A stretch of DNA of 64,000 nt from an uncultured bacterium. Its GTDB lineage: Bacteria > Eisenbacteria > RBG-16-71-46 > CAIMUX01 > WJJG01. Positions 46,023 to 57,388 of this stretch are shown here, piece after piece. The stretch spans positions 25,740 through 89,739 of the forward strand of contig CAYZWI010000007.1 of assembly GCA_964482205.1 (NCBI GenBank). Reading direction: 5' to 3'. The stretch's first letter is position 1; each line of letters opens with the position of its first letter. The notes under the pieces were generated by a model, which had not been told where the DNA came from, did no database searches, and worked only from the letters and a program-made list of their open reading frames with translations. Both the position numbers and the translations under genes were made by a program.

Positions 46023-46715
46023 CTATTCATCCCGGCTTCCGAGAAAGCCGGCCCGCATCAGGAAGTAGATCAATTGGAGCACGGCCGCCGCCGCCGCGGC
46101 AATGTAGGTGAGCGCCGCCGCGGAAAGCACCTTGCGCGTGCCGTCGAGCTCGGGCCCGCTGAGGATCCCTTGCGATCCGAGAATGGCGACCGCGCGCCGG
46201 GAAGCGTCGAACTCCACCGGAAGCGTGACGAGCTGAAAGAGCACCGCGGCCGAGAAGAGAATGATCCCGGCCAACAACAATTGCTGGCTCTGCAATAGGA
46301 ATCCGATCAGCAGGAGCGGCCAGGCAAGCCAGGAGCCGAACTGCGTCACCGGAACGAGCGCCGAGCGGACCTGCAGGGGGAAGTAATTCTGCGCATGCTG
46401 GAGCGCATGCCCCGCTTCATGCGCGGCAACACCCAGCGAGGCGATCGACTTGCCCTGGAAGACATCGGGCGAAAGGCGCAGGACGCGCTTGCGCGGATCG
46501 TAGTGATCGGAAAGGAACCCCTGCGTCTGCTGGACATCGACATTCCCGATGCCGAAGGACTGCAGAATCCGGGCGGCCGTTTCCGCCCCGTTGATGTTCG
46601 AATGAGTCGCAACGCGCGAATAACGGGCGAAGGTGGACTTCACCTTGATCTGCGCCCAGATCGAAAGCAGCAGAGCCGGACCGACGATGAGAAGATACAA
46701 CGGGTCGAAGAACAT
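46023..46715 (-). CDS. membrane zinc metallopeptidase (YpfJ / Zn_peptidase_2-like)
   Basis: It has an N-terminal TM and HEAGHALQH (HExxH). The C-terminal TM helices are a typical 'putative neutral zinc metallopeptidase' layout. The start is ATG at ORF position 4. Confidence 0.75.
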   Translation of the reverse strand: MFFDPLYLLIVGPALLLSIWAQIKVKSTFARYSRVATHSNINGAETAARILQSFGIGNVDVQQTQGFLSDHYDPRKRVLRLSPDVFQGKSIASLGVAAHEAGHALQHAQNYFPLQVRSALVPVTQFGSWLAWPLLLIGFLLQSQQLLLAGIILFSAAVLFQLVTLPVEFDASRRAVAILGSQGILSGPELDGTRKVLSAAALTYIAAAAAAVLQLIYFLMRAGFLGSRDE

Positions 46716-46837
46716 GAGCCTCACGCTCCTTTCCGCCCGCCTCCCGCCCGATGCGGAACATCTCGCAGGAAGCCGAGCTGTCAGACGCTACCCGCTTCCG
46801 GTCGACAATTCAACCTTCACCGCGACCCGAGGGTTCC

Positions 46838-49165
46838 TCAGCGGGAAGGCGGGGCGGGGCGTGCACGGCCCGCCGGGCGCATGTCGCCCGCGTCATCCGG
46901 GTTCAGGCGCTCCACGATTCTCGCTCGCAAGGAAGAGGCTTCGGGCCGCGCGCCCGCAAGCGCATCGAGTCGATCGAGAATCGCCACAGCTTCGCGCAGG
47001 CGCGCTTGCCCGCGCGCATCCGCGCAGGCGTTCCGATCCTCGGCGCACGGCAGCCACAAGGCCGAGGCGAGCCCCAGCAACGCGTCGGCGCTCGCCGGAT
47101 CGAGGCGCAGGGCGGCGCGAAAGGCCTGCTCGGCCCGCGGAGCTTGGCCGGCGAGCAACAGCGCGCCTCCCCACCGTTCGAGGTAGTCGCGAGTGCCCGG
47201 TTCCGCGGCGGCCGCGCGCTCGTACGCCGAGGCCGCTTCCGCGTACAGGCCGAGCATGCCCGCCAGCCGTCCGTGCACCGCGGCCGCGGCGGCCGATTCC
47301 CCTTTGCGACCGGCCAGCCGGCGCGCGAAGGCGATCGCCGCCTGGGGCGCGTTTCTTTGCGCGTGAATGCGCGCCAGTGTCTCGAGAGCGATGGTGTTCG
47401 TGGAATCCAGCTCGTAGACGCGTTCGAACCTCGCGAGGGCCTTGTCAATATCGCCCGCATTGTAGTCGAGCGCCCCGAGCAGCGCGTGAAAGCGGGGATT
47501 CGTGGGATGGATCGCGATGCTCGTCTCGTATTCGCGCCGGGCCGCCTCCGGCCGGTTCGTCTTGCGATAGTACTTGCCGATTTCCTCGTGGGCATACGCG
47601 CGAGGAAAAGGAGGAAGATCGGCGATCGCGTCCCGGAATCGCGCGAGCGAACGCTCCTCCCCCGCATTCAACCAGAACCAGGGCAGGCAGAGGGAGAGCG
47701 CGGCGACCGCCACCATCGTCGCGAGGGCCGCGCGCTCGCGTGCCAGCGCGCCCGAACGCCAGACCAGGAAAGCTGCGACGGCGAAAAGCGACGCGCAGGC
47801 GGCGAAGAGGTCCCAGTCGCGCGCCGCGCCCAACGCGAGGTGCAGCGTCGCGGCCAGCGCCGCGATCCAGACGCAGCCGGCCAGGAGGATGCGAGCGCCA
47901 GGCGGCAGGCCCGCGGGACCCGGCGGGTTCGGATCGTGCGACGGTGGGGTCTTCCCGTCGCGCCCGCCTCCCGCAGCGCTCGCTCGCGCCGGTTCGCCGG
48001 ACGGCCGCGCGCCGCGCCGCACGAACAGGCGCCCGCTGCCCCGCAAGGACAGGCGCGCGAGAATGGCCATCAGGGGAACTCCGGCCAGCAGCAAGAGCAG
48101 ATTCGCGATGTCTTTGGCATGTCGAAGCGAGAAGAAGTTCGAGGGCGAGACGAACAGCCTCTGGGTCTCCCGGTGTTTGAGGAAGTCGGTTCGGAACCAC
48201 CCGGCACTGTATCCGAGCGCGAAGAGCAGCGCGCAGGCGAGGAGCAAGGCAATGGCGACGGGCGCCGCCATCGTCAGGAATCGCTTCCATGCGCCCGAGG
48301 GGGACGCTTTTGCACGCGAGGCAGGGTTCGCTTCGGGGCGATTGCCGTGGGCGCGAGCGCGCGCGGGAGCAACCACCGGAGCGAAGGCCAGCGGAGCGAG
48401 GAACAACGCATCCAGATGAAGAGCGAGCGCGAGGCCGAAGGCGATCGCCGGGGCGATGAGCGGCGCGCGCCCTTCGTAGTAGAGCGCCAGGAGAATCACG
48501 AACGCGAGTTGCAGAACGGCGAGCCGCGCGTAGCACTCGGTGTATCCGAAGAAGATCTGCAGCGGACCCGCGCACGCCACGAAGGCGAAGAAGAGCGCGC
48601 GCTCGGCGGGCTGCTCGCTCATGCGGCGCGCGCCCCATGCGGCCAGGGCGGCATAGGCGCCTCCCGCGAGCACGCTCGTCCAGGCGAAGAGGCGAAAGGC
48701 CTGCTCTTCGGATTCCCATCCCAGCAGGCGAAAGAGGCGCGCATGCAGCGCGTAGTCGAGGAAGTCGAATCCGTGAAACGGCATCCCCAGCTTCACGAGC
48801 TCGCCGAGCAGCCAACCATCGCCCAGGAAATGGAGCGCGATCCTGCCCGCCCAGAAGAGCGCCATGGCGATGCAGGGCAGGAGTCCGTACGCGATCGCGG
48901 CGCGCTGGAAGAGCGCCCGGCCCGCAATATCCGCAATCCTGGAAAGAGGCGTGAGCGAAGAGGCCCACACGAGCAGGATCGCGACGAGCGGGACGAGGAG
49001 ACGGACCGCCGGCAGCGCATAGGCGAGATGGTTGATTCCCCAGAGCCCGGGACCCGGCAGCCAGGCGGCCACTCCTTGCAGCACGAGGAGCGCGGTCAGC
49101 GCCAGGCGCAGGCGCGCGAGACCGGGCGAAAGCGCGCGGCGTTGCCGTTCGATGGACTTCGTCAA
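46838..49165 (-). CDS. large polytopic membrane protein with C-terminal TPR repeats
   Basis: There are more than 10 predicted TM helices followed by TPR-like repeats ([65 protein letters not shown]...). The start is TTG 49165 (GGGGAG upstream), or upstream as far as 49279. Confidence 0.55.
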   Translation of the reverse strand: MTKSIERQRRALSPGLARLRLALTALLVLQGVAAWLPGPGLWGINHLAYALPAVRLLVPLVAILLVWASSLTPLSRIADIAGRALFQRAAIAYGLLPCIAMALFWAGRIALHFLGDGWLLGELVKLGMPFHGFDFLDYALHARLFRLLGWESEEQAFRLFAWTSVLAGGAYAALAAWGARRMSEQPAERALFFAFVACAGPLQIFFGYTECYARLAVLQLAFVILLALYYEGRAPLIAPAIAFGLALALHLDALFLAPLAFAPVVAPARARAHGNRPEANPASRAKASPSGAWKRFLTMAAPVAIALLLACALLFALGYSAGWFRTDFLKHRETQRLFVSPSNFFSLRHAKDIANLLLLLAGVPLMAILARLSLRGSGRLFVRRGARPSGEPARASAAGGGRDGKTPPSHDPNPPGPAGLPPGARILLAGCVWIAALAATLHLALGAARDWDLFAACASLFAVAAFLVWRSGALARERAALATMVAVAALSLCLPWFWLNAGEERSLARFRDAIADLPPFPRAYAHEEIGKYYRKTNRPEAARREYETSIAIHPTNPRFHALLGALDYNAGDIDKALARFERVYELDSTNTIALETLARIHAQRNAPQAAIAFARRLAGRKGESAAAAAVHGRLAGMLGLYAEAASAYERAAAAEPGTRDYLERWGGALLLAGQAPRAEQAFRAALRLDPASADALLGLASALWLPCAEDRNACADARGQARLREAVAILDRLDALAGARPEASSLRARIVERLNPDDAGDMRPAGRARPAPPSR

Positions 49166-49430
49166 AGGATCTCCCCAGGTCCTGCCGGCCGATCGCGCAT
49201 GGGGCGATCGCGGTCCGCGCGCCCGGCGCCCGCAGGGCGCGCGAGGCTGCGGATGCGGCGAATGCGGCAACGCTATCAATGTGCGCGCCCGCCGTCCAGA
49301 CCGGCGCTTCGCGCGGCTTGACCCGCCCGGGCGCCCTTTCTATTCTCACGCGACTTCACGCATTCGATTCGCCGGACCGGAGGAACGCCAGCGGCGTTCG
49401 GGCCGGCGCTCGCCGAAAGGAGCTGCAAGC

Positions 49431-51497
49431 ATGGATCCCACCGACCGCGTGTGCATCGACACCATTCGCATGTTGAGCGCCGACGGTGTGCAGGCTGCCC
49501 GCTCGGGCCATCCCGGAATGCCGATGGGCGCGGCCGCCATGGCCTTCGTGTTATGGACCCGCTTCCTCAAGCACAATCCCGCCGATCCCTCCTGGCCCGA
49601 CCGCGATCGCTTCGTGCTCTCCGCGGGCCACGGCTCGATGCTGCTCTATTCGCTTCTGCACCTCAGCGGGTACGATCTCTCGCTCGATGACCTGCGCCGC
49701 TTCCGCCAGCTCGGCTCGCGCACGCCCGGCCATCCGGAAACGGGACTCACTCCCGGAGTGGAGGCGACCACCGGCCCGCTCGGGCAGGGCTTGGGCAACG
49801 CGGTCGGGATGGCGATGGCGGAACGGTTTCTCGCGCGCCACTTCAATCGCCCCGGACACGCGATCGTCGATCACTTCACCTACGCCATCGCGGGCGACGG
49901 CGACTTGATGGAAGGCATCTCGCACGAAGCGGCCTCGCTCGCCGGGCACTTGAAGCTCGGCCGCCTGATCTGCCTCTACGACGACAATGGGATCACGATC
50001 GAGGGGCCCACTTCTCTCGCCATGAGCGACGCGACCGCGCAGCGCTTCGAAGCCTATGGATGGCAAGTGCAATGCGTGAACGGCGACGATGTCGACGCGG
50101 TCGCGGCGGCGATTCGGGCGGCGCAGGAGGCGACCGACCGGCCGAGCCTGATCGCGGCGCGCACCCACATCGGCCACGGAAGCCCGAACCGGCAGGACAA
50201 GTGCAAGGCGCATGGGGAACCGCTCGGCGACGAAGAGCTGCGGCTGACGAAGGAAGCGCTCGGCTGGCCGCTCGAGCCTTCGTTCCACGTTCCCCGCGAA
50301 ACGCGCGAGGCCTTCGGGCATCTGCGGCACCGGGGCGCGCACTGGCAGGCCCAGTGGAACGAGCAGCTGGCCGCGTATGCCGCGTGCTATCCCGAAGAGA
50401 AACGCGAGTGGGACCTATGGCAGAAGGGAGGGTTGCCCGAGGGCTGGCAGCGCGGGCTCTTCGAGCTCGAGCTGGAGGCGAAACCGCTGCCCACGCGAGT
50501 GGTCTCGGGCATGGCGCTGAACGCGCTCGCTCCGCGGGTGCGCAACCTCATCGGCGGCTCGGCCGATCTCGGCCCGTCGAACAACACCGCCATCGCGGGG
50601 CAGGGAGATTTCCTGCCCGGCGAAGTGTGCGGGCCGAACATCCATTTCGGCGTGCGCGAACACGCGATGGCCGCGGCGATGAACGGCATGGCTCTCCACG
50701 GAGGGGTGCGCCCCTACGGCGGCACCTTCCTGGTCTTCTCCGATTATCAGCGGCCGGCGCTGCGCGTGGCCGCGATGAGCCACGCGCGAGTGATCCATGT
50801 CTACACGCACGACAGCATCGGCCTGGGGGAAGATGGGCCCACGCATCAACCGGTCGAGCAGCTTCCCTCGTTGCGCGCGATTCCCGGCTTGACGGTGATT
50901 CGCCCGGCGGACGCGCGCGAGACCTGCGAGGCCTGGGCCACCGCGCTGATGCGGCCGGGGCCCGTGGCCTTGCTTCTCACCCGTCAGGCGGTTCCTCCCC
51001 TGCCGCGCCATCGCATGGCGCTGCCGGGCGGGCGCGGAGAACCCGGGCACGGCATCCTGCTGGCCGCGCGGGGCGCGTACGTGATTTCCGAGAGCGCGCA
51101 TTCGCCGGAGGAGCGCCCCGATCTCATCCTCATCGCGAGCGGTTCGGAGGTCTCTCTCTGCATGCAGGCCCAGGAGATTCTCGAAAGCGAGGGAATCGCG
51201 ACGAGGGTCGTCAGCATGCCGAGTTGGGAGCTCTTCGAAGAGCAGCCCTCCGAGTATCGCGCCTTCGTGCTCCCTCCTCGCGCGACCGCGCGCGTGGCCG
51301 TGGAAGCGGCCTCGCCGCTGGGTTGGGAACGCTATGCCGGTGATGCGGGCGCGGTGATCGGGATCGGGCGTTTCGGCGCTTCGGCTCCCGCCGACGCGCT
51401 CTTCCGGCATTTCGGCTTCACCGCGCAGGCGATTGCCTCCCGCGGGGCGGAGATCGCGCGCGCCTGCCGGACGGAAACGGCGGAAGGCCGCTCGTGA
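49431..51497 (+). CDS. tkt: transketolase
   Basis: The ThDP-binding N-domain is [18 protein letters not shown] ... [16 protein letters not shown] ... [21 protein letters not shown] lies 8 nt upstream of ATG 49431. Confidence 0.9.
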   Translation: MDPTDRVCIDTIRMLSADGVQAARSGHPGMPMGAAAMAFVLWTRFLKHNPADPSWPDRDRFVLSAGHGSMLLYSLLHLSGYDLSLDDLRRFRQLGSRTPGHPETGLTPGVEATTGPLGQGLGNAVGMAMAERFLARHFNRPGHAIVDHFTYAIAGDGDLMEGISHEAASLAGHLKLGRLICLYDDNGITIEGPTSLAMSDATAQRFEAYGWQVQCVNGDDVDAVAAAIRAAQEATDRPSLIAARTHIGHGSPNRQDKCKAHGEPLGDEELRLTKEALGWPLEPSFHVPRETREAFGHLRHRGAHWQAQWNEQLAAYAACYPEEKREWDLWQKGGLPEGWQRGLFELELEAKPLPTRVVSGMALNALAPRVRNLIGGSADLGPSNNTAIAGQGDFLPGEVCGPNIHFGVREHAMAAAMNGMALHGGVRPYGGTFLVFSDYQRPALRVAAMSHARVIHVYTHDSIGLGEDGPTHQPVEQLPSLRAIPGLTVIRPADARETCEAWATALMRPGPVALLLTRQAVPPLPRHRMALPGGRGEPGHGILLAARGAYVISESAHSPEERPDLILIASGSEVSLCMQAQEILESEGIATRVVSMPSWELFEEQPSEYRAFVLPPRATARVAVEAASPLGWERYAGDAGAVIGIGRFGASAPADALFRHFGFTAQAIASRGAEIARACRTETAEGRS

Positions 51498-52405
51498 GCG
51501 CGCGTGTAGGCAAAGGGGCGAGCGCACGAGCATGCAAACGCGCGCGCACCGCCGCGCGCGCACGAGCAAGCACGGGCGCGTGGGCGGAGCTTGCCAAGCC
51601 GGCCACACGCATCCGGACGGCCATCTTCACCAACGAGCTCGGCATTCCCGCGCGTCTCGATTTCGATGGCCGGGACGCGAGCGCGATCCATGTGGTCCTT
51701 TGGCGCGGCCGGCGCGCGGTCGCGACCGGACGCCTGGACCACAAGGGAACGCGGATCGGGCGCGTCGCGGTGCTGCCCGCCTGGAGAAAGGGGGGCCTTG
51801 GAGCCGAAGTGGTCGATCGATTGATCCGCGAAGCCGTGCGCATGGGGAGCGCATCGGTGAGCCTGCACGCGCAGGAGACGGCGGTCTCCTTCTATCGCAG
51901 GCTCGGCTTCCAAGAGAATGGTTCCTCCTTCATGGAGGCGGGCATCCTTCACTTCCCGATGGTCCGAACGCTTTCCTGGCTCGATTCCACCGCCGCGGTC
52001 CTCTTGCGAGGGAACCGGTTCCTGCTTGGGAAAAGAGCCGAAGGCTTGATCATGGGAGGCCGTTGGGATCTCTTCGGCGGCAAGCGCGAGCCGGGCGAAA
52101 CGGCCCGGATGACGCTGCGCAGGGAGCTTCGCGAGGAACTCTCGATTCGCGCACGCATCGGGCCCGAGATCGCGGTCAGCCTCTACGACGATCCCCGAGG
52201 GCGCGGCATCTTTCGCTGTCCGGTGCATCTCGTCAGCGAATGGACGGGAACCGTCCGCTTGAACGAGGAGCATTCGGAAGCGGCCTGGTTTTCGCGCGCA
52301 AGGCTTGCGCGCCTGGCCCTCGCCCACCCCGACATCGTCGCCCTCTGCCGGTCGGCGCAGGCGATGTCGGGAGAAGCGGGAGGAAGGGGAGCCCACGGCA
52401 GGTGA
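51494..52405 (+). CDS. bifunctional-architecture protein: GNAT N-acetyltransferase (N-terminal) fused to NUDIX hydrolase (C-terminal)
   Basis: The GNAT motif A is [22 protein letters not shown]. The Nudix box is [24 protein letters not shown]. The GTG start overlaps the tkt stop (GTGA). Confidence 0.75.
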   Translation: MSARVGKGASARACKRARTAARARASTGAWAELAKPATRIRTAIFTNELGIPARLDFDGRDASAIHVVLWRGRRAVATGRLDHKGTRIGRVAVLPAWRKGGLGAEVVDRLIREAVRMGSASVSLHAQETAVSFYRRLGFQENGSSFMEAGILHFPMVRTLSWLDSTAAVLLRGNRFLLGKRAEGLIMGGRWDLFGGKREPGETARMTLRRELREELSIRARIGPEIAVSLYDDPRGRGIFRCPVHLVSEWTGTVRLNEEHSEAAWFSRARLARLALAHPDIVALCRSAQAMSGEAGGRGAHGR

Positions 52406-52722
52406 TTCCTCTGGGGCGACCTCGCCCGTACGCCTCCCGCTCCATTGAACTTTTTTCTTCCTCCAGGCGTCCTAGTTCTTGAGACAAGGGCAGTTCGGGG
52501 CGCCAGGGAGGGCGGCCACGGCCCCTGCCCCTTCGTCCGCGAAACCGGCCTTTCTGCCGTTTCGTACAGCCATGGGATGAAGGCACCGGGGCCGAAGAGG
52601 CCCGCTCGCAAAACATGGAACCGGCGGTCCGGCCTCGCTATTCTGCCTGGTCACGCTCGAGGGGCAAGGGCGAGGCAGGCAAATGTCGCGAAACGGCTCG
52701 GGCGCATTTCGAACGAGTGATC

Positions 52723-53463
52723 ATGCCGCGAGGAATCGGAGTGACGCGTCAGGATGACCCTTCCGATGAGACGAGCGGGGTGAAGCCGGAGCTGCTCCGT
52801 GGCCGGGCGGGCCGCAAGACCGGCGTGCTGATCGCAGCCGTCAGCATCCTGATCGCAGCCATCACGATGATGACGACTGCCGCCGCATGGGCAGGGCCGC
52901 GCGTTTCCGTCCGAGCCTTCTCCCTTCCGCTCGATGGCTTCGTCTTCCCGCGCGAAGCGCTTGAACTTCCGCAGCGCGCGTCTTCTCTCGCCCGCGACCT
53001 GGCCGAGGATCTCGTTTCCCAAAGCGCTTCGCGGCTGCCCTCCTTTCCCGTGTCCGTCGCGGCTGCGGAAGAGAGCGGACCGGCCGCGCGGGATGAGGGC
53101 CGCAAAGAAGAGCGCGTTCAAGCAGCCGGCGTGAGCGGGACGAGTCCGTTCACGCGATTCTGGACGAGCGTGCGCGGCATTCCGATCGTCTCGAAGGCGA
53201 TCAGCGTGGGCGGATGGATCCGGAGCTTCCTTCATTTTTTGTGGACGATTCCGCAGTCGCTTTCCAAAGGCGATTCCGACGCGACCATCGATGCCTTGGG
53301 AGACCTTCTCGAACGCACATCGCCGTCGGCCGAGGCCGGCAGCCCGGCGCAGGGAGAAGGCTCCGCGTCCGAAGCGCCCGGCGGCCTCGATCCCGCGCCG
53401 GCCGAGATCGATCGCCGGGCGTCGGAGCCGCCGGAAGGTTCCCTCGAGACGACCGGCTCCTGA
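52723..53463 (+). CDS. hypothetical membrane-anchored protein with an acidic low-complexity C-terminus
   Basis: There is one TM (TGVLIAAVSILIAAITMMTTAAAWA). It could instead be a GC artefact; the opposite strand also has an ORF. Confidence 0.3.
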   Translation: MPRGIGVTRQDDPSDETSGVKPELLRGRAGRKTGVLIAAVSILIAAITMMTTAAAWAGPRVSVRAFSLPLDGFVFPREALELPQRASSLARDLAEDLVSQSASRLPSFPVSVAAAEESGPAARDEGRKEERVQAAGVSGTSPFTRFWTSVRGIPIVSKAISVGGWIRSFLHFLWTIPQSLSKGDSDATIDALGDLLERTSPSAEAGSPAQGEGSASEAPGGLDPAPAEIDRRASEPPEGSLETTGS

Positions 53464-53467
53464 GCGT

Positions 53468-56035
53468 TCACCATAGACCGATCTGATCTCCGCGACCCAG
53501 AATCCCGTCCAGGCTCTTTCCCACATGCATCAGCACCGCATCGGCGATCGGGCGAATCTGGCGCTCGAGATAGTGCTCGTGATCGAGCGGCGCGGTGATG
53601 CGGCCCACCGGTTGCGGGCCGAGCCGGGTCATCACATAGGCGATCACGCGGCCGTGCCTCCCTTCCATCATGCGCGCTGCCTTCACATGCGGAGGGCTCG
53701 TGCGATCGTAGGAGGCGAGAGGCTTGCGAAGCGTCTTGCGATACACGAGCTCGCCGTCTTTCCGGCCCTCCTGCAGATCGCGCACGAAGCCGCGCACGAA
53801 TTCCTCCACCGGTTGCTCCTCGAGCACCAGACGCAGAAGCGCGCGCTGGAAGTTCCGCGCGAGCGGCGTCCAGTCGCGGCGCACCGACTCCAGCCCCGCG
53901 ATCACGAGCTCGACACCCGACGGCGTCTCGACCAGACCGGCGTAGCGCTTCTTGCTTCCTTCGGAGCTGCCTCGGTGGCTCGGGAGGAAGAACTTGAGGA
54001 AGGTGCGTTCGAAGATCAGCTCCAAGCGGCTCTCGACGCCGTATTCGCGCCGCACCCACGCGGCCAGCGAGGCGTTGAGGGACTCGACGACCCGCCGGCC
54101 TTCCGCTTCCACTTTCCGGCGCAGGTCCGCGCTCGACATCCCGCCGCCGCCCCGCTCCACCTTCGCGAGCGCGAAGAGCGAATCGGTGTCGCCGTAGATG
54201 ACGGGATGGCCCATCGCCTCCAACTCGTCGCGCGTCCAATGCAGGATCGCCTGTCCGAAGGTCGTGATCGCGTTCGACACGCGCAGATCGTGGAAGCGGC
54301 AGCGGGGAGTGGCGAGCACGCCGTAGAAGGAATTCATCAGGATCTTGATCGCCGTCGATCCGGTTGCGTCGTCGCGTTCGCGCGCCTCCCTTCTCGCGCT
54401 CAGCAGACGCGCGATGATGGCGGGGAGAATCGCCTCCTCGCGGGAGAAGAGCGCTCCGTTCGGGGCGCGCACAAATTGTCCCCGCTCGACCGCGTCCATG
54501 GGCGTGCGCGGGGCCTCCGCCTCGCCTCGTCCCCCCTTCCCCGGCTCCGCGCCCCAGGGCCGGCCGTCCGCCAGACTTGAAGCCCCAACCTCCTGCCGTG
54601 CCTTTTGATGCGCGAGGGGATCAATGTTGAATGTGAGGATCACGCTCGGGTACAAGCTGCGAAAATCGAACAGCCACACATGCTGGTGGATGCCGGGAAC
54701 CGAATCGAGCACTTCGCCACCGATGGCGATTTCGGGAGCGGGCTCGATGGCGGGCGGACCCGCCGCCCGGCCGGCCCTCCACGACGCACCGGGAACCTGC
54801 TCGACGCTCGGGGCGACGATGCCTTCGCGATGCAGCGCGCCGATGTACAGCAGGTCGAAGGCGGCGATGCTCGCGCCGCCGCGCTCCAGCGGCAGGCCCG
54901 TGAGCCGCACGCGTTGCACCGCGAGCTCGAGGAGGCGCATCTTGACCACGATGTCGAATACCAGCCGGGCATCGGCGAGGTTGTACAGCAGCAGTTGGAC
55001 GAGATCCTCGCGATACATGCGCTCGATCTCGTCGCGCCGGTTCTCGGACTCGATGCGCTTGCCCTCTCCCAGGATGGCGCGCGCCGCGGTGTCGAGCGAG
55101 TAGTCGTCGAGACGCACGAACGCTCCCCGCACGAGATCCATCGCGTCCAGGGCCGCTCTGCCCGGAACGCTCGCCCGCCCCGTCATCCAGTTCTCGTCGG
55201 CGGGGCGCAAGCGCACGGGAAGATCGGCGCGCCCGAGATGGAAAGGCAGGTCCCATCTCCGGCAGGCGCGATCCAGCACGGCCAGATCGAAGCCGATCAG
55301 GTTCCAGCCGGTGAGGATGTCGGGATCGAGCTCGCGCACGCGCGCAAGGATCGCGCCGAGCAGCTCGCGTTCGGTGGAGTGATAGAAGCAAGCCGCTTCG
55401 ATGCCGCCTTCCTCCAGCGCCGCGGGCCTTTCCGCATGATCCGGCCGCGCGAGGGCGTGCGCTTCGGCGTAGCGCGCCCCCGAGGCCGCGCGACTGTGAA
55501 AGGCGCAGGCCCGCACTTCGGCGGCACGCGCATCGGTCTCGACATCCAGCGACAGGAACGCGAGCTCGGGCGCCCATTCGGCGGGATGGATGGCGGGATC
55601 CTGAAAAATGCGATAAACGCGGCGGCCCGGACGGGACGGACCTTCGAGCCGCATCGCGCCGCGCACGCCGAGATCGATCAAGTAGCGCGTGACGAAGGGC
55701 ACGTCGGCCTCGTGGCACACGATGCCTTCGCCGCGCAGGCGTTCCCGCAGCGGGGGAACATCCGGGGGAACGGCGAGCTCGATCTCGTTCGCGGGCTCGC
55801 CTTCGAGCGTGCGCCAGGCGCGCCCGCCGACGCGGGGAAAGCCGTCGGGATTGCGCATCTCCGCCAGGATTCGTTCGGCCTTTTCGCGATCGCGCGCCGG
55901 GATGAAGAAAGACGGGCGCGCGCGCGTGTCGCGGACCACGAAGCTGCGGTGCGCATCGTCGACGCCGAAGAGGTGCACCACCGGGCGGCCACGCTCGATG
56001 CGATAGGTCGCTTCGAGAAGAAAGCCTCGTTCCAT
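53468..56035 (-). CDS. polB: DNA polymerase II (family B)
   Basis: Motif A is FDFRSLYPSVILTFNIDP. Motif C is VIYGDTDSLF. The exonuclease domain blocks are LSLDVETD and YNLADARLVFD. Confidence 0.85.
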   Translation of the reverse strand: MERGFLLEATYRIERGRPVVHLFGVDDAHRSFVVRDTRARPSFFIPARDREKAERILAEMRNPDGFPRVGGRAWRTLEGEPANEIELAVPPDVPPLRERLRGEGIVCHEADVPFVTRYLIDLGVRGAMRLEGPSRPGRRVYRIFQDPAIHPAEWAPELAFLSLDVETDARAAEVRACAFHSRAASGARYAEAHALARPDHAERPAALEEGGIEAACFYHSTERELLGAILARVRELDPDILTGWNLIGFDLAVLDRACRRWDLPFHLGRADLPVRLRPADENWMTGRASVPGRAALDAMDLVRGAFVRLDDYSLDTAARAILGEGKRIESENRRDEIERMYREDLVQLLLYNLADARLVFDIVVKMRLLELAVQRVRLTGLPLERGGASIAAFDLLYIGALHREGIVAPSVEQVPGASWRAGRAAGPPAIEPAPEIAIGGEVLDSVPGIHQHVWLFDFRSLYPSVILTFNIDPLAHQKARQEVGASSLADGRPWGAEPGKGGRGEAEAPRTPMDAVERGQFVRAPNGALFSREEAILPAIIARLLSARREARERDDATGSTAIKILMNSFYGVLATPRCRFHDLRVSNAITTFGQAILHWTRDELEAMGHPVIYGDTDSLFALAKVERGGGGMSSADLRRKVEAEGRRVVESLNASLAAWVRREYGVESRLELIFERTFLKFFLPSHRGSSEGSKKRYAGLVETPSGVELVIAGLESVRRDWTPLARNFQRALLRLVLEEQPVEEFVRGFVRDLQEGRKDGELVYRKTLRKPLASYDRTSPPHVKAARMMEGRHGRVIAYVMTRLGPQPVGRITAPLDHEHYLERQIRPIADAVLMHVGKSLDGILGRGDQIGLW

Positions 56036-56107
56036 GCGCCTTTCCGGGAATATCCCGCGCGCGGCGGCGTCCTCACGCGCGGCGCAAGCCGGCGCCTCCT
56101 CGCGCTT

Positions 56108-57202
56108 CTACTCGTCGCCGAAGCGCGTCCCGATGCTTCGCGCCGTCGCGACGAGATCCGATGAGGGATCGACTCGGCGCAACTGGCGGATCGCGTCCTC
56201 GAGCGGCACCTGGGTCACTTCGGTGCCCTTCAGCGAGACCATGATGCCGCGCAACCCTTCGGCCGCGCAGTGGGCCGCGTGAACCCCGAAGCGCGTACCG
56301 AGGATGCGGTCGAACGCCGTGGGCGATCCGCCGCGTTGCAGGTGGCCGAGCACGGTCACGCGCACTTCGGTGTCGAGCCGTTTCTCCAACTCCGCGGCCA
56401 GCCAGTGGCCTACTCCCCCGAGCCGGATCGTGTCGGTCGAGGCCCCCACCACTTTGGAGACGACCATTTCCCCCGTCTCGGTGCGCGCCCCTTCGGAGAT
56501 CACGATCAGCGTATACCGGCGGCCGTGGAAGCTGCGCTCCTTGATGGCGGCCACGACCTGGTCGACGCGAAAGGGAATCTCGGGCAGGAGGATCACATCG
56601 CCGCCGCCCGCGAGCCCCGCTTGCAGCGCGATCCATCCGGCGTAGCGCCCCATCACCTCGAGCACCATGATGCGATGGTGCGATTGCGCGGTGGTGTGCA
56701 ACTTGTCGAGCGCATCGGTGGCCGTCTCGAGGGCGGTATCGAAACCGAAGCTCACATCGGTGGCGGCCAGATCGTTGTCGATCGTCTTCGGGATCCCGAT
56801 CACCGGCAGCCCCTTCTGCGCCAGCTGATGGGCGATCGTCAAGCTGCCGTCGCCGCCGATGACGATCAGCATCTGCAGCCCGTAGCGATCGAACACCCGC
56901 AGGGCATCCTCCGAGCGGTCGGCGAAGCTCAAAGCGTCTCCCGAGCCGACGGGCACGCGAAAGGGATCGTCGCGATTGGAGCTCCCGAGAATCGTGCCTC
57001 CGCGCGACAGGATGCCCGAGACCGTCTCGAGATCGAGACGCATCGTGCGGTCGTTCAACATGCCGGCATAGCCGTCGAGAAAGCCGACCACCTGCATCTC
57101 GTGATTGAAGGCCGCCGCCTTGACCAGCCCGCGAAGGACGCCGTTCAATCCCGGACAATCTCCTCCGGCAGTCAAGACTCCCAGGCGTTGAATGCGCGCC
57201 AT
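56108..57202 (-). CDS. pfkA: 6-phosphofructokinase
   Basis: Blocks are LTAGGDCPGLNGVLRG, IVIGGDGSL, GIPKTIDNDL and MGRYAGWIA. Confidence 0.9.
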   Translation of the reverse strand: MARIQRLGVLTAGGDCPGLNGVLRGLVKAAAFNHEMQVVGFLDGYAGMLNDRTMRLDLETVSGILSRGGTILGSSNRDDPFRVPVGSGDALSFADRSEDALRVFDRYGLQMLIVIGGDGSLTIAHQLAQKGLPVIGIPKTIDNDLAATDVSFGFDTALETATDALDKLHTTAQSHHRIMVLEVMGRYAGWIALQAGLAGGGDVILLPEIPFRVDQVVAAIKERSFHGRRYTLIVISEGARTETGEMVVSKVVGASTDTIRLGGVGHWLAAELEKRLDTEVRVTVLGHLQRGGSPTAFDRILGTRFGVHAAHCAAEGLRGIMVSLKGTEVTQVPLEDAIRQLRRVDPSSDLVATARSIGTRFGDE

Positions 57203-57388
57203 CGTTTCCTCCCATCAGCGGTGCGCTCGACCGCGGCACCGGGACTGGATTCGTTCACCGCCGGCATTTTAGGCCTCCCGGCGATGCGCGGAAAGCTTTC
57301 CGTCCCCGTGCGGGGCTGATATCCTCGCGCCTCTTTCGTTGCCGGAGGCGCGCCGCCTGTGAAATCGTTCCCGAAAGAAGGAGTCGGC

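Noticed and set aside
46751-49349. 856-aa plus-strand ORF and 634-aa minus-strand ORF overlapping the TPR membrane protein gene
   Set aside because: Both are charged, low-complexity translations. The chosen frame has many hydrophobic helices plus TPR repeats.
52406-52722. ~300-bp intergenic region after the GNAT-NUDIX gene, with a GGGCGA-cc-TCGCCC hairpin and a T6 run
   Set aside because: The hairpin and T-run are about 25 nt apart, which is not a canonical intrinsic terminator. There is no convincing small-RNA structure or conserved motif that I could verify.
53525-56164. Plus-strand ORFs (53525..54580, 54605..56164) antisense to polB
   Set aside because: polB motifs A and C are unambiguous on the minus strand.
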